From: Takakia lepidozioides
Lineage: Eukaryota > Plantae > Bryophyta
Reading direction: 5' to 3'
Length of the DNA: 64,000 nucleotides
NCBI GenBank assembly: GCA_030704615.1
Contig: CM060731.1
Span: 29,574,001 to 29,638,000, forward strand
The notes beneath the pieces were generated by a model. The model saw only the letters and a program-made list of their open reading frames with translations. It did not search any database and was not told the DNA's origin. Positions 37,854 through 50,769 of this stretch are shown here, in pieces. Position 1 is the stretch's first letter; each line of letters begins with the position of its first letter. The translations under genes were made by a program, and so were the position numbers.

Positions 37854-40800
37854 GGAGAAGATGCAAAGAGTAGAGGATGAGAACCCCTCAGTGCAGGAAA
37901 AGGAGATCATTGGTGATGTGGACGATGAGTTTTATGAAAGCAAAGCCGCGGAGATGCTGGGGGGTCAGAAGGTTAATTCGCAGCTTGTGGTGCAAAGTAT
38001 GCTTGCCCCGGGTGGGAGGTTGAAGATTCCCCTGTGTAGGTTGGTTTCCATGCCCGTCGTTCGTCCACCCCTCATCAAGGATATCCAGAAGCTGGAGGTA
38101 GAGTTTGTTCATGGGTATTTGGACGGATCTGCAGTTTTTTACGTTTCTACTAGGGATTCCAGAGGCAAGGAGCTCCTGGTGGATGAGTATCATGGACTCT
38201 TGGGATCCCATTTGGAGACAGGTGAACAAATCCTTCGAACTTCTTCTCTCCATGAAACCTTCGACGCAAGCATTCTCATGGAAGATGTTTCACATATGGG
38301 ATGGCAACCACCGGTTGCTTGCATGGATGGCTGTCATTGGGAGGCTGCACTCATAGGAGGAAGAGTGGCATTACTGTGTTCGAACAATGGTGCTGGATTG
38401 TGACGGGAACATGATGGGGCTTCTAACGGCAATGAATGATATGAATAGGTTGGTTTCTAATTCTACATGTTCCGGTTGTGGTTCCGTGGTTCTTTGCTTC
38501 CAATCCTCTGTTGTCGGTTCTTGAATTTCATTCTGACTTTCACACATCAATCTGCAGAGGGACGGAGACATCCCATGTGAAAACGAGTCTGGTTCACACT
38601 CTGTACAGGATACCAAGAATCGGCCAGATGCCATTGAGCAACTTCAAGACCATCCTTTCAACAGAGACATACAAGAAGTGCGAGAGCTCCAAGACATCAG
38701 AAACATGGTACTCGTTGACCCGTGAGGCTTTCATGGAGTATATGTACGCGGTGAGATACATCTTCCATCATCTGGCCTTTGGGTATTCCTGCTTCGAGAT
38801 CTTTGTTTCTATTTGTTTCCCTTGCCCTTGTGTTAATGCATCTGTCGTGCATTCTCTTGCAACAAGACTTTGCGGATGCAGGACAGCGTGGCAAACTAGA
38901 ATACTACAGCTCTACCCCTGAAGAGAGAAGGACAACAAAGGGGGTTGAGAGTCACATCAAACAAGTCTAGATGACCGCCACAAGAAAAAATATTATGAGT
39001 GTTTTTGTGAAGCAGTTGAGAATTGAAACCCATCCTTCAGACCATAGTTCCTTCAAGAGGTGAAAAACCATTTCAACAAGCCAGGAAAGCCCGAGATGGC
39101 CCAGGAGAAGTTGCACAGGTTATCTACCGCCGTTGTGTCTTCAGAACAGAAGGTGAAGTGGCTGCAAATATGGAACTCCGATCCCACTGTTAGGGACACC
39201 CACATGTTCCCCATGCCGGAGAAAGAGAAGAAGACCCAGCGTGTCATTCCAGTCAGTGACAATATGATGGACACATGGCTTCACAAGGACTTATTGGAGC
39301 TAGGTATGATGTCCTTTGCCGTGTCACTTTCTTTCCGCTTTTCTGTGGTTCTCTTTCCATGTTCCATGGGCTGTGATTGTTTTCTGGTTCATTCTTGCAT
39401 TGGAATTGTTTTGCAGTTGGAGGAAAGGGCCCAGTCTGTTCTACATACGCAGTTGGCTGACTATGGCATCACCATGACAACACCAAAGGTCTCCTTCCAA
39501 GCATACATGCGGAAATGGAGAGCCACAGTGTGACAATCTTGTTTCTTCAGGGAGGTTCAACAAGGAGGGTGGCATCAGTCGAACAAATGAGCTTGACCAG
39601 CAAGAGAAAGGAGAGGAAGCCTGGAAACGATGTCTTTACAGGTGCGAAATTGACTATGCTTCTTTGTTTTGCAAAGACACACTCTCCTCTATTTAACCTG
39701 ATTTGTGCTGGCTCATATGAGTGTGCGGTGTCACACACTCATTTGTTCTGTCCGTGTGTAGTAACACCAACGTGCACACCCTGGGCCCTTCAGGCTATTT
39801 TGTGTGCGGTGGTTACAGTGTGCGGTGCCGCATACTCTTCTTGGGGGTCTTCGTGACGTGGTAGAAAAGCTAGGAGATAATAGTTGCATTGCATAATGAG
39901 GTTGTCTCTGTGCCTGCAGGTACATAAAATATGTTCTCATGGCTGAGAACTTCTTGGACAAACATCCTGATTTCGTGGACCTGTGGCTTGTTCCTGCTGG
40001 CAACCAAACCATGTTTACTACAGGGATCTTGTAGGACTGGGCCCATACCATCTTTCTACCTATGGTTGGTATTTGGATTGCCCTGTTTCTGAGACCCCAG
40101 CGCAGGAGGTGTATTTGAGGAGAGAGAATGAGCGTGTAGCAACCACCGCCGCAGCTGCCGACCTCAAGATTCATGATAGAAATTTGAGGACACTTGCAGA
40201 GAAGGAGCCTCCCACTCAGGATACCCCGGGTAAAGGTAGAAAGGGAAAGGGAAACGATGTTGCTGTTGGTGGGAGGAAAGGAAGGGGTAAGGGGAAGGGA
40301 GCACAGGGGCAGGTAGGTGGGTAGGGAAGTGTTGCAGAAACTGGCCCTGCGGCGGATGTCTAGCCGACCAAAGAGACTCCACCGCATGGTAGGGGATCTG
40401 TGAGAAAGAAAAAGGGGGTGGTTGATCATGAGGACCCGTACCATGCAGTGGAGCATCCCACGAGGGTCATTCGCCCTACCGGGTTGGAGATGGCCAATGT
40501 CGGGTTCCTTGCCATGATGGAGTCCAGGAAATCTGATTACACCAGAGAGATTATGTGGGAGAGGATTATGGAGTTCCTCGGCACGGTGCGTGTTGTCTTT
40601 TGCTTCTTGTGTGTTGTGGGCATGGCTCGTTTCAATCCTCTTGAGCATTCGCTTGCATGCTTGTTTGCAGGCAAAAATGACCAAATCTTGGGTGAACGGG
40701 AAGGAGAAGCCATATGCAGCCGAACTCATCATCTTGGACATCCCTGATGGGTTGCCAGTCCCGGATGTCCCTCCAGCGGGTGCTTGTCAGGTTGGAATGA

Positions 40801-42100
40801 TTTTTATGAGCGCTACTGGCGGTGGATTTTCTCCTTTTGCAATTTCTTTCTGTCCGATGCAGGTGTTTTGGTGCTTATCCAGTCCACGACCTTTGCTATC
40901 GCCGTGTACTTGCCAGCTATTTGAAAGCCTCCGGTATGAGGGTCGTGAAGACATGGAATTGTGTGAACAACATGTACCTGACGAAGGGGGATCGTCCGGG
41001 AGAGATGGTAAATCTGCCTTCTTATTCCTCTTCTTGGTGGTTCTCACATGGAGTTGCATAAGTCGCTCAAATGAATATGGAGAGGCTTGGTTTTCAAGCT
41101 TCTTAGTTCCTTGTGGATGTCATGTTCGCAGACTCATCTGTTTGAAGCTGTTTGTCTCGTTCGAGTGCATCCACCTACGACTCCAGCCGTCATTAGGGAG
41201 TTCGCCATCACTCATGGGGGCAAGTTCATAGACGAGAGGACATATCCTCCCACGGATGACATGCACCACAACTACGTGGACAATAACGTGTGCTTGTGAA
41301 GGGGGAATGGGGTTCCTTGGAGAGAGGCCAGGGAGAGGAGCCCGGCTTTCATTCAAACGATTGTGGAGTGCTACACTACACCGATGCCAGAGTTTTGGAT
41401 TTGTCAATGGGCACAGGTTCGTCTCTTCATCCTTCACATTTGATTGGGTTTGTTTGAGCTTGCACTTTCAGCAATTCCCACCGTTCCAAATGAGTTTTCA
41501 ATGTCTGTTTCCTTCCTTCTATTCCATTGCAGGTGCTTCGTACCACGCTTGCAAGGCCAGTGCGTGACATCTCTTCGGGATTGAAGGGGATGCCGAAATT
41601 TACAAGAACCTCCTGATGGGTTTGGGTGGACAAACTTCTCAAGTCCTTCCGAAAGCCCTTCCCGGTGTTATTGATACAGGGGAGACGTCCGACAAGCCGA
41701 CTTTGCCTGTGAGTAAGTTCAACCTATGGATGCTTGCATTGTTGTTTCAATACCCAGAATCATTGTTCTTAAGGAAAAGTGTACATGGGAGACATCCTCT
41801 TCGTTGGACTTGTGCATTGCATCATTGTATTCAAAATGGAATTTTGTCGACTTGTGCATGAGTCCGTGTGCTTCCATTGAACCTCCAGGGCTATCACACC
41901 TTTTTGGACTTCTTTCAAGTCCTCCTCAGTCTTACATGCTGTCTATACGGAGGCACTCGCAACAAGCATGTCCGTTCATGGCACTCGTAGTCCAACCATC
42001 GACGGCCGTGGTAGAAGACGTGGTGTTGGGGCCGGAATCTTTGTGGATGACATAGCACATGAGGTCGATTCTGATTCTGATGGTTGTGACACTTGATATA
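37854..42100 (+). pseudogene. Copy B: near-complete multi-exon ParB/Srx + beta-class DNA methyltransferase fusion gene
   Basis: N-terminal IPLCRL..VRPP..FYVS..FHIWDGNHRLLAW (ParB/Srx GxHR). C-terminal ELIILDIPDG (40737), FIQTIVEC..VLDLSMGT|GASYHAC..LFGIEGD. About 9 exons with GT-AG introns; stops and frameshifts present. Confidence 0.82.
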
Positions 42101-42269
42101 AAGTTTTCTTTTACTTTTATTCGGGGCCAATTTTGAAATGGGATGGTTGTGTGTCCTTGTTGTCCTGTTTGCAAGGATGCGAATTCCTGGGAACAAACTA
42201 TTGTTGGAGATGGGGGTTGCATGGACTGCCCGGATTGTTCCTTCAATCTCTTTAGTGTTTTCCGGAGCT

Positions 42270-42700
42270 CACATGCTTGTGTACATTGCAAAAACAAACA
42301 AACGTGATGGGTCTGGGCAGTGCATTCTCGCATCATTTGCTCATTGGTCTCCAAACCATTCTTGCCAGAACAATGCTTGGTAAATCCATCACGTTAAAGT
42401 CCACGTGATCAAAGATCATTTAGGCATTCTTCTGGTGAGCATCCATGATGCTCCCGCACATACCATACATGTTCGCAAGGGTGGTGAGTAAGAAAACATT
42501 TCGCAGGGATCTGCTTTGGATGATGTGAGTGTGCACCTGCTTTCCGGGCCTTTTATCCCGATGCACTAAAACAAAAGACAAACATAGTATGTGGATATGC
42601 TGCAATGCCTCCTTCGTTCAAAATCAGAAGAGCCTCTTCCAGTTTGTCTGCCTCACAAAGCATCTTCACATGCCAAGAATGGATGCTGACAAGCAGTGCT
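42270..42700 (-). pseudogene. PLS-PPR gene fragment
   Basis: GKQVHTHIIQS..NVFLLTTLANMYGMCGSIMDA. Confidence 0.75.
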
Positions 42701-42829
42701 CACGACGTAGTCACATTCCCATGCAAGGGCTTGGTATGTTAATAACGTCTAAATGGATGCAATGGATAGAAAGGATGGATACAATGGATGTAACACATCC
42801 ATTCTGCATTCCCTGGAAAGGGCTGATCA

Positions 42830-42969
42830 ACCTGCGATAATAGGTGCCACCCGCGGTAATAGGCCCAGCATGTTCGCTCCGACATGCTGACGTGGCGTGA
42901 GCCTATGCTGGGCTCACGGGTTCCTGGGCTCACATGCTCACGTCTCCAGGCTCACGGAATAGCACCCCC
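42830..42969. mobile_element. Terminus (putative TIR) of MULE copy B
   Basis: CCGCGGTAATAGGCCC..GCTGACGTGGCGTGAGCC..CCAGGCTCACGGAATAGCACCCC. Confidence 0.65.
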
Positions 42970-43292
42970 TGAAAATTTGAACCCCTCGTGATGGACCGTT
43001 TTCTAGAAACAAAGGCAGTCTCTCATATAATTCTCACGAGCTGGACAACATGCGTAAATCCTTAGGGGTTGTCAATCCAAGTCCGGAGGGGGATTTAGGA
43101 TCTTCTCGGGATGTTTAAAATCAGTGTTTGCAGAGGACCAAGAAGGAGAGGGCTTTTGGTAAATTATTCATATGAGCCTTGTGATTCTGTCTATGTGTGC
43201 TCAAATTGATATTGGTCTTCTTGCGTTGGACATCCTCTGATGTGTTTTATGATCAGTCTATTATATGGTGCAATGATGGAGAAAAATGGAGT

Positions 43293-43508
43293 TGGGAATG
43301 ACCACGTCCTTTTATTATGTCGTCCAACTTGTTTCCGCGGTAAAGGGTGCTCTTCCGTGGGAATACACTCCACTTCTTCCTTGGCGTGTGGTGACACGAC
43401 CTTCAAGCGCGATGACGTGGAGTGAGCCCCGTGATGTGGCGTTGGCGGAAGGTGACGTGGCGTGAGCGCAGTTGCGCTCACGCGACCAGGCTCACGCCGA
43501 GGCATCCC
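43293..43508. mobile_element. MULE terminus, near-identical to 60058-60270
   Basis: ..GGTGACGTGGCGTGAGCGCAGTTGCGCTCACGCGACCAGGCTCACGCCGAGGCATCCC abuts a ParB exon. Confidence 0.65.
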
Positions 43509-45217
43509 TGCACATCCGTGAATGACTCCAGTGGCATCAGCCCTATCTTCTGGATATAGAATAGTGTGTGGCAGAGATTGGTCGTCACATGGGAGGTTTC
43601 ATTGGATCTGAAAAAACCTTCAACTCATAAGATGATTTCAAATTGTGGAAACGCAGACCGGAACGGGAACAATGTTGGTAACTTACTTGTTTATGTCGTG
43701 CATGGCTGTCAAGAGCTGCGTGACACGTCCTTTGTGGTCGAGTACCATGGAAACCACGCTCCAGTGCCATTCGATCTCGTCCGAATGCAAGCTTGAAATG
43801 TAATCCATCCAGGCAAGCAGTCTATGGTTCCCATCCCAGACAAAAAACATCTTTCCCATAAACGATTTTGTGGAGGCCTTTTTGGACAACTTGAACTCAA
43901 ACTCCCTGTTTATATCCTGCCAGCATGCATCCCAACTTTGCTCTATGTCCTCTGTTACAAGACACTCCTCTCCTTTCGTGTTCACAGTGGATACAAAGAA
44001 CACTGCAGATCCCTTGACATAGCCGTGAACAAACCGTTCTTCAACTTCGTGATGTCGTTCCTCAATGCGGGTCGAACCGCGGGCATGGAGATCATCCTGC
44101 ATAGTGGGATAACCAGGTTTCCACCGGGAACCTCCATCGACAGAATCACCTTCAATGAGTTCACTTTCTGCCCACCCATAACCTCCTCGGCCTTGTTTTC
44201 ATAGTGTCCCTCAAATGACTCTTCCTCACCATCACCTTCTGCCACTACCGCGTTGATGTCGACCTCCAAAGTGTATGTTTATGAAGGTGAAACGAAGCAG
44301 ATGCAACACTCGAATCAACCTTGCGTTGACGCGAGGCTGATTTTGATGCCTCTTCTGTTCACTCCCAGCATCCGAAGTCCCGTGCCATGAACCGCAAGGT
44401 AGGGAAAGTTGATTATTTGAAGCCCCCAAAAGAACCTTGCGTCAACGCAAAGCATTTAGTGGGTTCAATGGACTGTTCCGGTATGCATTTCAGACTAAGC
44501 TACATCCCCATCAATCAACTTTGCGTCAACGCAAGGTTGATCCATGGGAGCTCAATCTGTCACTCACAGGGATATTCATTCTCTGCAGAGGAAAAGAAAA
44601 AGGAAATCCGTGGGGGGAGATTGACGCAAGGTTGATGTCGAGCTCTCAGATTGGTGTTCAACAAACAAAAAAATAAAATGGAAAAGGAGATTGCAACCTA
44701 TGGTTTCTTCTTGGCACTTGATGATGCATCGGGAGCATTCATATTTTCCATGGCTGCCAAGTGGATACGGGAGGTGGGAATGAACAAAAAAGGCACATGA
44801 ATCAACCTCGCGTCAACGCAAGGTTGATTCGAGTGCAGCATCTGCACTCGTTTCATGCCCAGAACATACACTTTGGAGGTCGACATCAACCTTGCGTTGA
44901 CGCAAGGTTGATGTCGACCTCTCTGTTTAGCATGGAACAGACAAAAAAAAGAAAGGGAAAAAGAGGGTTGATAGCCACCTCCGGTTTCTTCTTTACACTT
45001 GATGATGCTCCTGAGGCATTCAACTTTTCCATGAGTTCTGGAGGCAGCATGCTTCCAAGGAGGTCCCGGTGGTGCGAAACAGCGGCAAACGGCAGTGTTT
45101 CCGCGTCTATCTCTCCTCCCTGCTCTCTCAAGACCCGGTTCTCTACTCGCAGCGCTTCCTCCTGAGCCCAGCTGACTTCCTCGTCCTCCCCCCCTTCTAT
45201 TGGAGGTTGCTCTTTGG
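43509..45217 (-). pseudogene. 5' part of a ParB-MTase gene (ParB exon), with an internal inversion
   Basis: GQKVNS..IPLCRMISMPAVRP..KMFFVWDGNHRLLAW..MHDINK|intron|ETSHVTTNLCHTL; duplicate of 60271-61935. Confidence 0.8.
44314..44921. repeat. Array of palindrome family 1, TCAACCTTGCGT-TG-ACGCAAGGTTGA (also 61095-61638; variant at 47606-47800)
   Basis: About six copies here; 44876-44921 has perfect 22-bp arms with a 2-nt loop. Confidence 0.9.
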
Positions 45218-47403
45218 TTGGAGGAAAACTGGAGGGACCAACTTTGGACATTGTTGTGGACCATTTCTTGACTTTGACTTCTCCAAACATTAGGAATCAG
45301 GTGAACGCTTTAAGAATGGGCTCTGGGAGCCGAGGTTATATGGACAATATTATGGATTTGAAGAAAAGGAGCATGTACGACTACATCCAAGACAGCATTT
45401 CCCCGGGACAAGGAGCTAGGAAAGTATTCCTGTTCAAAATGTCCACAAAATGTGAGGGCAGCGGAGTCAGCCTGGTTAAATATATGCAGAAGGGTGGCGA
45501 TCTTGGCAACTACTTCCTTATGTTCGATCACGTCAAAAGGGTTAAAGATTGGACCACAATGGCATGTCATGTTTACGACCCTGTGTACCAACGTGTCATG
45601 ACAATTGCAGTGTGTGACATGCAGCCAGAGTACACAGATTCACAGCAGCTCATGTGGGAAGCTCTCATTCGTGTTATGGCCTCCAATGGTCTCCCATCTC
45701 CCAATTTTGTTGGTTTCATGCCGACAGTGCTCAAGCTAACTTCAACGCTGTCCGCATTGTGTTCGGGACGGGAGATCCAAAAGTGCCAATGCCTGGAAGA
45801 GAACGTACGTGTCTTTTCCATTGGACACAATCCCTAGACAAACACACAAAGGCAGACATCAAGCCAGATATGCAGAGTATGCATCGTCAACTGTGCAAAC
45901 AATACAAAGATGCCAAAACTATGGGGGAAGCGAATACATTGTTCCAGACAATTCGTGCCTGGTGGTACTCATCTGGAGTGGCATCGGAGGACATCATGAG
46001 GGCACTGGAAGACTGGTTCGCATTTTGGCACTTCCGTTACCGACAGTGGGGAGCGGCCATGACAACGATGAGATTGTAGCAATGCCTAGTTGTAGCAATC
46101 CGGCAAAAATGGAAGAGATTTGTATGCGGCCACGGCCGATGACCTTATCCGTGCTCTGCAGCAGCAAACCAGATACAGGTCATTCTTGAGGGGTGGCCTT
46201 GGTGGCAAAGGCCTGGACAGGAGTGAGTTGATGTTGCGGGCAGCGAGAAGATCGGGGGATCCCAGCAAAATAGCGCGGGCAGTGAGCATATGTGCAGATG
46301 GCACCCCTCTTGTGGGAAGAGTTCCCCATTTGGAAGGCGAAGAGAGATTCGGGTCTTGCAAACGGATGTTGGACACCCCTCCCGGATCGGATGCAGATTC
46401 CCATAGGGCGGACACAGTCAACTTCTCGACGCCACGTGTTCCCTTGGATTAGAGATGGAATTGCGGAACATCCACAGGTGAGGGCCATTCTGCCCCAGAC
46501 CGGACCCCTGCATCAAGCACTTTCACTGCAATGGTTGAAGACCAGAACGTGGTGCCGCGTGTAATGGAGTCCATGTGCTTGGACGAGGTTTGGCATATAA
46601 AACGCACAAGTGCTGGATCGCGTGTGAAATGCGCAGCGATCAGGGCCACCAATCATGAAAAATGTACATCATTAATATCCAGAGGGAAAGAACGCACTGC
46701 AGCTCCTACATTCACTGGTTTGTTTCTCCCTTTCGGACAAGGAGAGGCAAAGAACCACAAGTTCTGGTTCTGCGTTGACGATTGTGGGAGATGTGTGCGT
46801 GGGACAGTGAGGCCCTTCGTGGTGAGGAAGCCTACTCCACCAACCGTGTGGCCTGTGAAGATGGGCACAGGTCTCACTTACCAAGAGATCGCAATGCTGG
46901 AAGAGGCGGGTTTCTCCCTAGCCAGACATTCCATTGCACGTGAAGGTGCTTCAAGTACAAGCGGTTCACGGGTACCTCCGCCTAATGCTCACTTGTGGCC
47001 AACCAGACGGAATGGGAAGCTGGTTCGACGATTCCCTCCAACCGCAGAACACTACGGCAAAATCGAGTCTGCGAGAATGCTTCACGCTCGTGTTGCGGGA
47101 ACAATGGAAGTGCATGATCCAAGGTATGGTCGGGTCTTCACCATGATCTCAACCGCATCTGCTTTGCAGGACAAGACGTACGACATCACTGTTTCCAATT
47201 TTCCAAATTGTACATGTCCTAATTTTGTTGGTATGCTTTCAAGTAGTTTGGGAAAGAGAGGGAAGTTCATACCGTGCGAACACCTTTACTTCGTCTTCTT
47301 GAGAAGGATGGTTTGTGATTCAAAGCGCGACTTCTTCATTCACCAAACCACTATGAGTTTCAACGAAGTCAACACACTTCTACAGCGGGATACAAGCCCA
47401 TAG
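45214..47403 (+). pseudogene. Mutator-like (MULE) DDE transposase with C-terminal SWIM zinc finger, decayed
   Basis: LMFDHVKR (D1), FMADSAQA (D2), RTCLFHW (CxxH), CTCPNF..PCEHLYF (SWIM). The E-containing segment is deleted relative to the 63-kb copy. Confidence 0.8.
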
Positions 47404-47867
47404 AAAGCATGCACTTGACATGAAGAAATTTGTGTTTTCCTTGACTACAACTTGTAATGGAATGACTGTTCAAGTCCAGTGTCTCTCAATGTATGTCGTC
47501 TAACATCTTTGCTATGCGTGGGTCAGTGCATTTGTCGCATTGGTTTGTCATTCTGATTTCATTTGCAAACACAAGAAACTACCTTCAGATAGACAGATGA
47601 TCAAATCAACCTCGTGGTAACACGAGGTTCACTTGAGGTTCTCCAAATCCCCCTTGTGTCGACACAAGGTTGATTTTAGTTCTAAGAAAACAACATCGTG
47701 TCAACACGAGGTTGATTTTTGTTCCAGGAAAACAACCTCGTGTTAACACAATGTTCATTTCAGTTCTAGGAAATGAAGCTCATGTTAACAGAAGGTTGAA
47801 CTCTAGGAAAGCCCGAAACCCTTCATCCGTTTCACCTTCATGTGGTAAAATCAGCAGTTGGGGGCTC

Positions 47868-48036
47868 CACGGTTATAGGCCCACCTTCTTTGTGGTGACG
47901 TGGCATGACCTGGACCAGGCTCACGTCACGTCAGCATCAGCGCCACGTCAACTGCGTGAGCGTAGGCTCACGCCACGTCATCGTTGTGTGAGCGTACGCT
48001 TACACGCTCACGCGCCAGGCTCACGCAATAGCGTCG
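47868..48036. mobile_element. MULE terminus downstream of the transposase
   Basis: CCACGGTTATAGGCCC..GGTGACGTGGC..CCAGGCTCACGCAATAGCGTCG. Confidence 0.65.
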
Positions 48037-48169
48037 TTGAACACTGTACAGAGTTCGAACTCATACCTTTTTCTGTGTTTACACGAAGTTTCAAATGTGC
48101 TTCAAAGTTTCACAAAGTTTCAATATGGCTTCCTATTACATCAAAACACATATCATAGTACAGGGGCAC

Positions 48170-48621
48170 AAACAGTGTGCGGCACCGCACACTGTTTCGT
48201 ACTGCCATTTCACCTTCATGGAAGTTTGAGGAACAGGGCATGGTTCACACTTCTCAACCCCCAAATGAAGAGAGGGACAAGAAACAGTATGCGGTGCCGC
48301 ACATTGTTTCTTGCTTTCATTTGTCTCTATTTGAAGCAAGAGAGACAACTGAATGGGTTCATTCCAAACAAAAAAAGAACACTTGACCGGGGTTTCAAAA
48401 ACTGTACCCCAAAGTGACTCTTCATTGCTTACAGGTTGATTGAAGCTTGACAGACAGAGTTGGGTGAATAAAATACAAAGGGGCTGAAATAGTGTGCGGT
48501 ACCGCACACTGTTTGAAGCTACTATTTCAAGCCTGCTTAAAACACCTGAAGATTCAAAGTTCCACCCAAAAGAGAGAGTTCTAGGGGGGCAGAAACAGTG
48601 TGCAGTGCCGCACACTGTTTC
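48170..48621. repeat. Array of palindrome family 2, AAACAGTGTGCGG-CA/TG-CCGCACACTGTTT (also in copy B introns at 37787 and 39720-39838)
   Basis: Four copies at 48170, 48281, 48489 and 48592. Confidence 0.9.
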
Positions 48622-48779
48622 GTGCTGCCATAGCGCTGATTGTAGCATGCCTCACACAGGGGAATGACACCTCTCCAATCAAGGCCCTGGTGTGAAAGGA
48701 TTTAGGGGCACCCCTTTCCACTCTCTTTCGTTTGGCTTAGAGCTGTTTCTTAGGCGAAAGCAAAAAGTATTCACGCACT

Positions 48780-49640
48780 TGCTTTCTTGTCCATGCCCTG
48801 CAGAAGCCCAGCAAGTCCAGTGGAAGACGTGGGAGGGTTGAGCTCAAACAAAATGTCCCCATCAAACTCTGCTGGCAATATTGAACCCGATGCACCCGAA
48901 GGGACTCCCAATCAACAAAACGCAGCTCGCTCTTGCACTCAGGCACCCCTGCGAGGGCTTTCGATTTCGGAATGACACTCGTTATCTCCTGCAATTCGTC
49001 AGCATTCAAGAATGGAGTCTGGACTGGCGCAGGTATCTCAGAAATATTCTCCAAAGACAAGTATGAAAGAGTCACGAATGTAGTGGATGTGCTCACCTCT
49101 TGTTTCACATGCACTGTGCCCTTCTGTTGCACGACCGATGTTGCAGTGCCAGGGGTAACCACTGATCCTGCTGATTGTCTTCTCTCTTTTCCAAGGACCC
49201 GATGTTTGCCTAGGAGGACTCTCCACTTCCTCCCACACTCGCCAACCAATGGTTTCTGCAAGTGCCCAGAATCCAAATTCCCATCCTCGTCATACACCTC
49301 TTTTTGAACAAGTAGAGAACCCAATTCCAGTGGGAACACTGTAACCAGCTCATCCTCATGAACAACTGCAAACCCATCCTTATCTGCAGTGCCAGTCAGT
49401 GGAAGACTACCTACATTGGAATGAAATCGAGCGAGTCTGTCTCCCTCCTTGAACATGTTTTCCTTGACTGAACCAAAGTTGCGATCCACAGAGGGTCCCC
49501 CGGTTCGCAAACTGATAACCCGTAATTTTCGAGAGGGGATCCACCTCAAACGAACTGAGGTGCATAAGGGTAGCACAGTCACAATGGCTGCGGGCGATGT
49601 ATGCAACGAAAGGATGACATGCACGGCGGAAGTATGCACC
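48780..49640 (-). pseudogene. Probable N-terminal exon of another transposase gene of the same MULE family
   Basis: 300-aa ORF ending (with a frameshift) VDWESLRVHRVQYLPAEFDGDILFELNP..LQGMDKK, followed by an intron-like region holding family-2 palindromes. Confidence 0.45.
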
Positions 49641-49969
49641 GAACTCCGTAGTCAACCACACTGACAGACACCAACTGGAAAAACTGACTTCGAAGACAAG
49701 AAGCCACAAGAAGCCGTATTGTGTTTGGATGAAAAGCAAACCATTGCACAGGATATGGAGCCATCCATTATGGAAAGACGGTGATGGCCCCACGAGTCCA
49801 ACAAACAGGAAACCCAGAATCAAATTTGTTTGTGCTGTGCCAGAAGATCATAGCACAAACACTGACACTTAGGGGGACACTCCGTAGGAAGGTGCGCAAC
49901 ACATTACGATTGCCGACACCAAGCTTTATACCAAAGGAAGAAGTTTTATCGGAGAAGGAACTCCCAATA

Positions 49970-50769
49970 CCTGGACATTCCCTTGCCCAATGTCCTTTCT
50001 TTCCGCATTTGTTGCAGTAGCCAGGTTTAGTTTGTGAGCCAAACTGTCCGACATTAGAGTTGAACCTCCTGTTTTCAACTCGATCGTTTCTCCGCGCTAC
50101 TTGAGATCCTTCGAAACTTGAGAACTAGGTCCCTCCTCGTCTTGGGCTCGAGTTCGATTTGCATTGCCGCTCTCTTCAAGTTGGAGCCTCCCAACTATTT
50201 CTTGGATGGTTGGGAGTTCTTTTTTCGCTCGAGATAGCCCTAATGAAGCTGTCGAAACTGGCTGGCAAGGCATTGATTATCTGCTCCACGATGATGCTCT
50301 CGGATGGCAGTTCACCAAACTCACTGAGTTGGTTGAGTGTGTCTTGTACTTGCCTCATGAAATCAGCGACAGTCATACCTTCCTCAATTCGTAGGTTTGA
50401 GAAACGATTTCGGATTGCCAACCTCTTGGCGTTGTTCTTGACTTCAAACTGCCTCTTCAAAATATCCCAGCACTCCCTTGGTCCTTTGGCATGTAGTATG
50501 AAAGGTACAATCTAGTCTTTCACCGATAGCTTGATTAAAGAAAAAGCCTTCATCCTTTGCTTTCTAAGAACATGATCAACATCTCTAGGATCGGGCAAGA
50601 GCTCAGAGACGGAGCTAGTGTCGGCGGAGCTATTGTCTTCCTCCGGTTGTACTATTTCCCAAAGATCCTCGCGTTCAAGGATACTTTGTATCCTGAACTT
50701 CCACATGGCATAGTTTGAAGCCCCTTCAAGCTTCTGGTTCTCACCTATGGAGTGCTCTGTTCCTGACAT
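49970..50769 (-). pseudogene. Ty1/Copia gag fragment
   Basis: KLEGASNYAMWKFRIQSILEREDLW; IINALPASFDSF; CNKCGKKGHWAREC; in-frame stop at 50512. Confidence 0.9.

Noticed and set aside
39731-40741. 336-aa minus-strand ORF (similarly 6922-7620, 17491-18054, 20721-21290, 61460-62104)
   Set aside because: Antisense shadows of real coding or repeat sequence, with no motifs of their own.
37854-42100. Bacterial or phage contamination as the source of ParB-MTase
   Set aside because: GT-AG introns at conserved positions in three copies, interleaved with plant TEs and genes.
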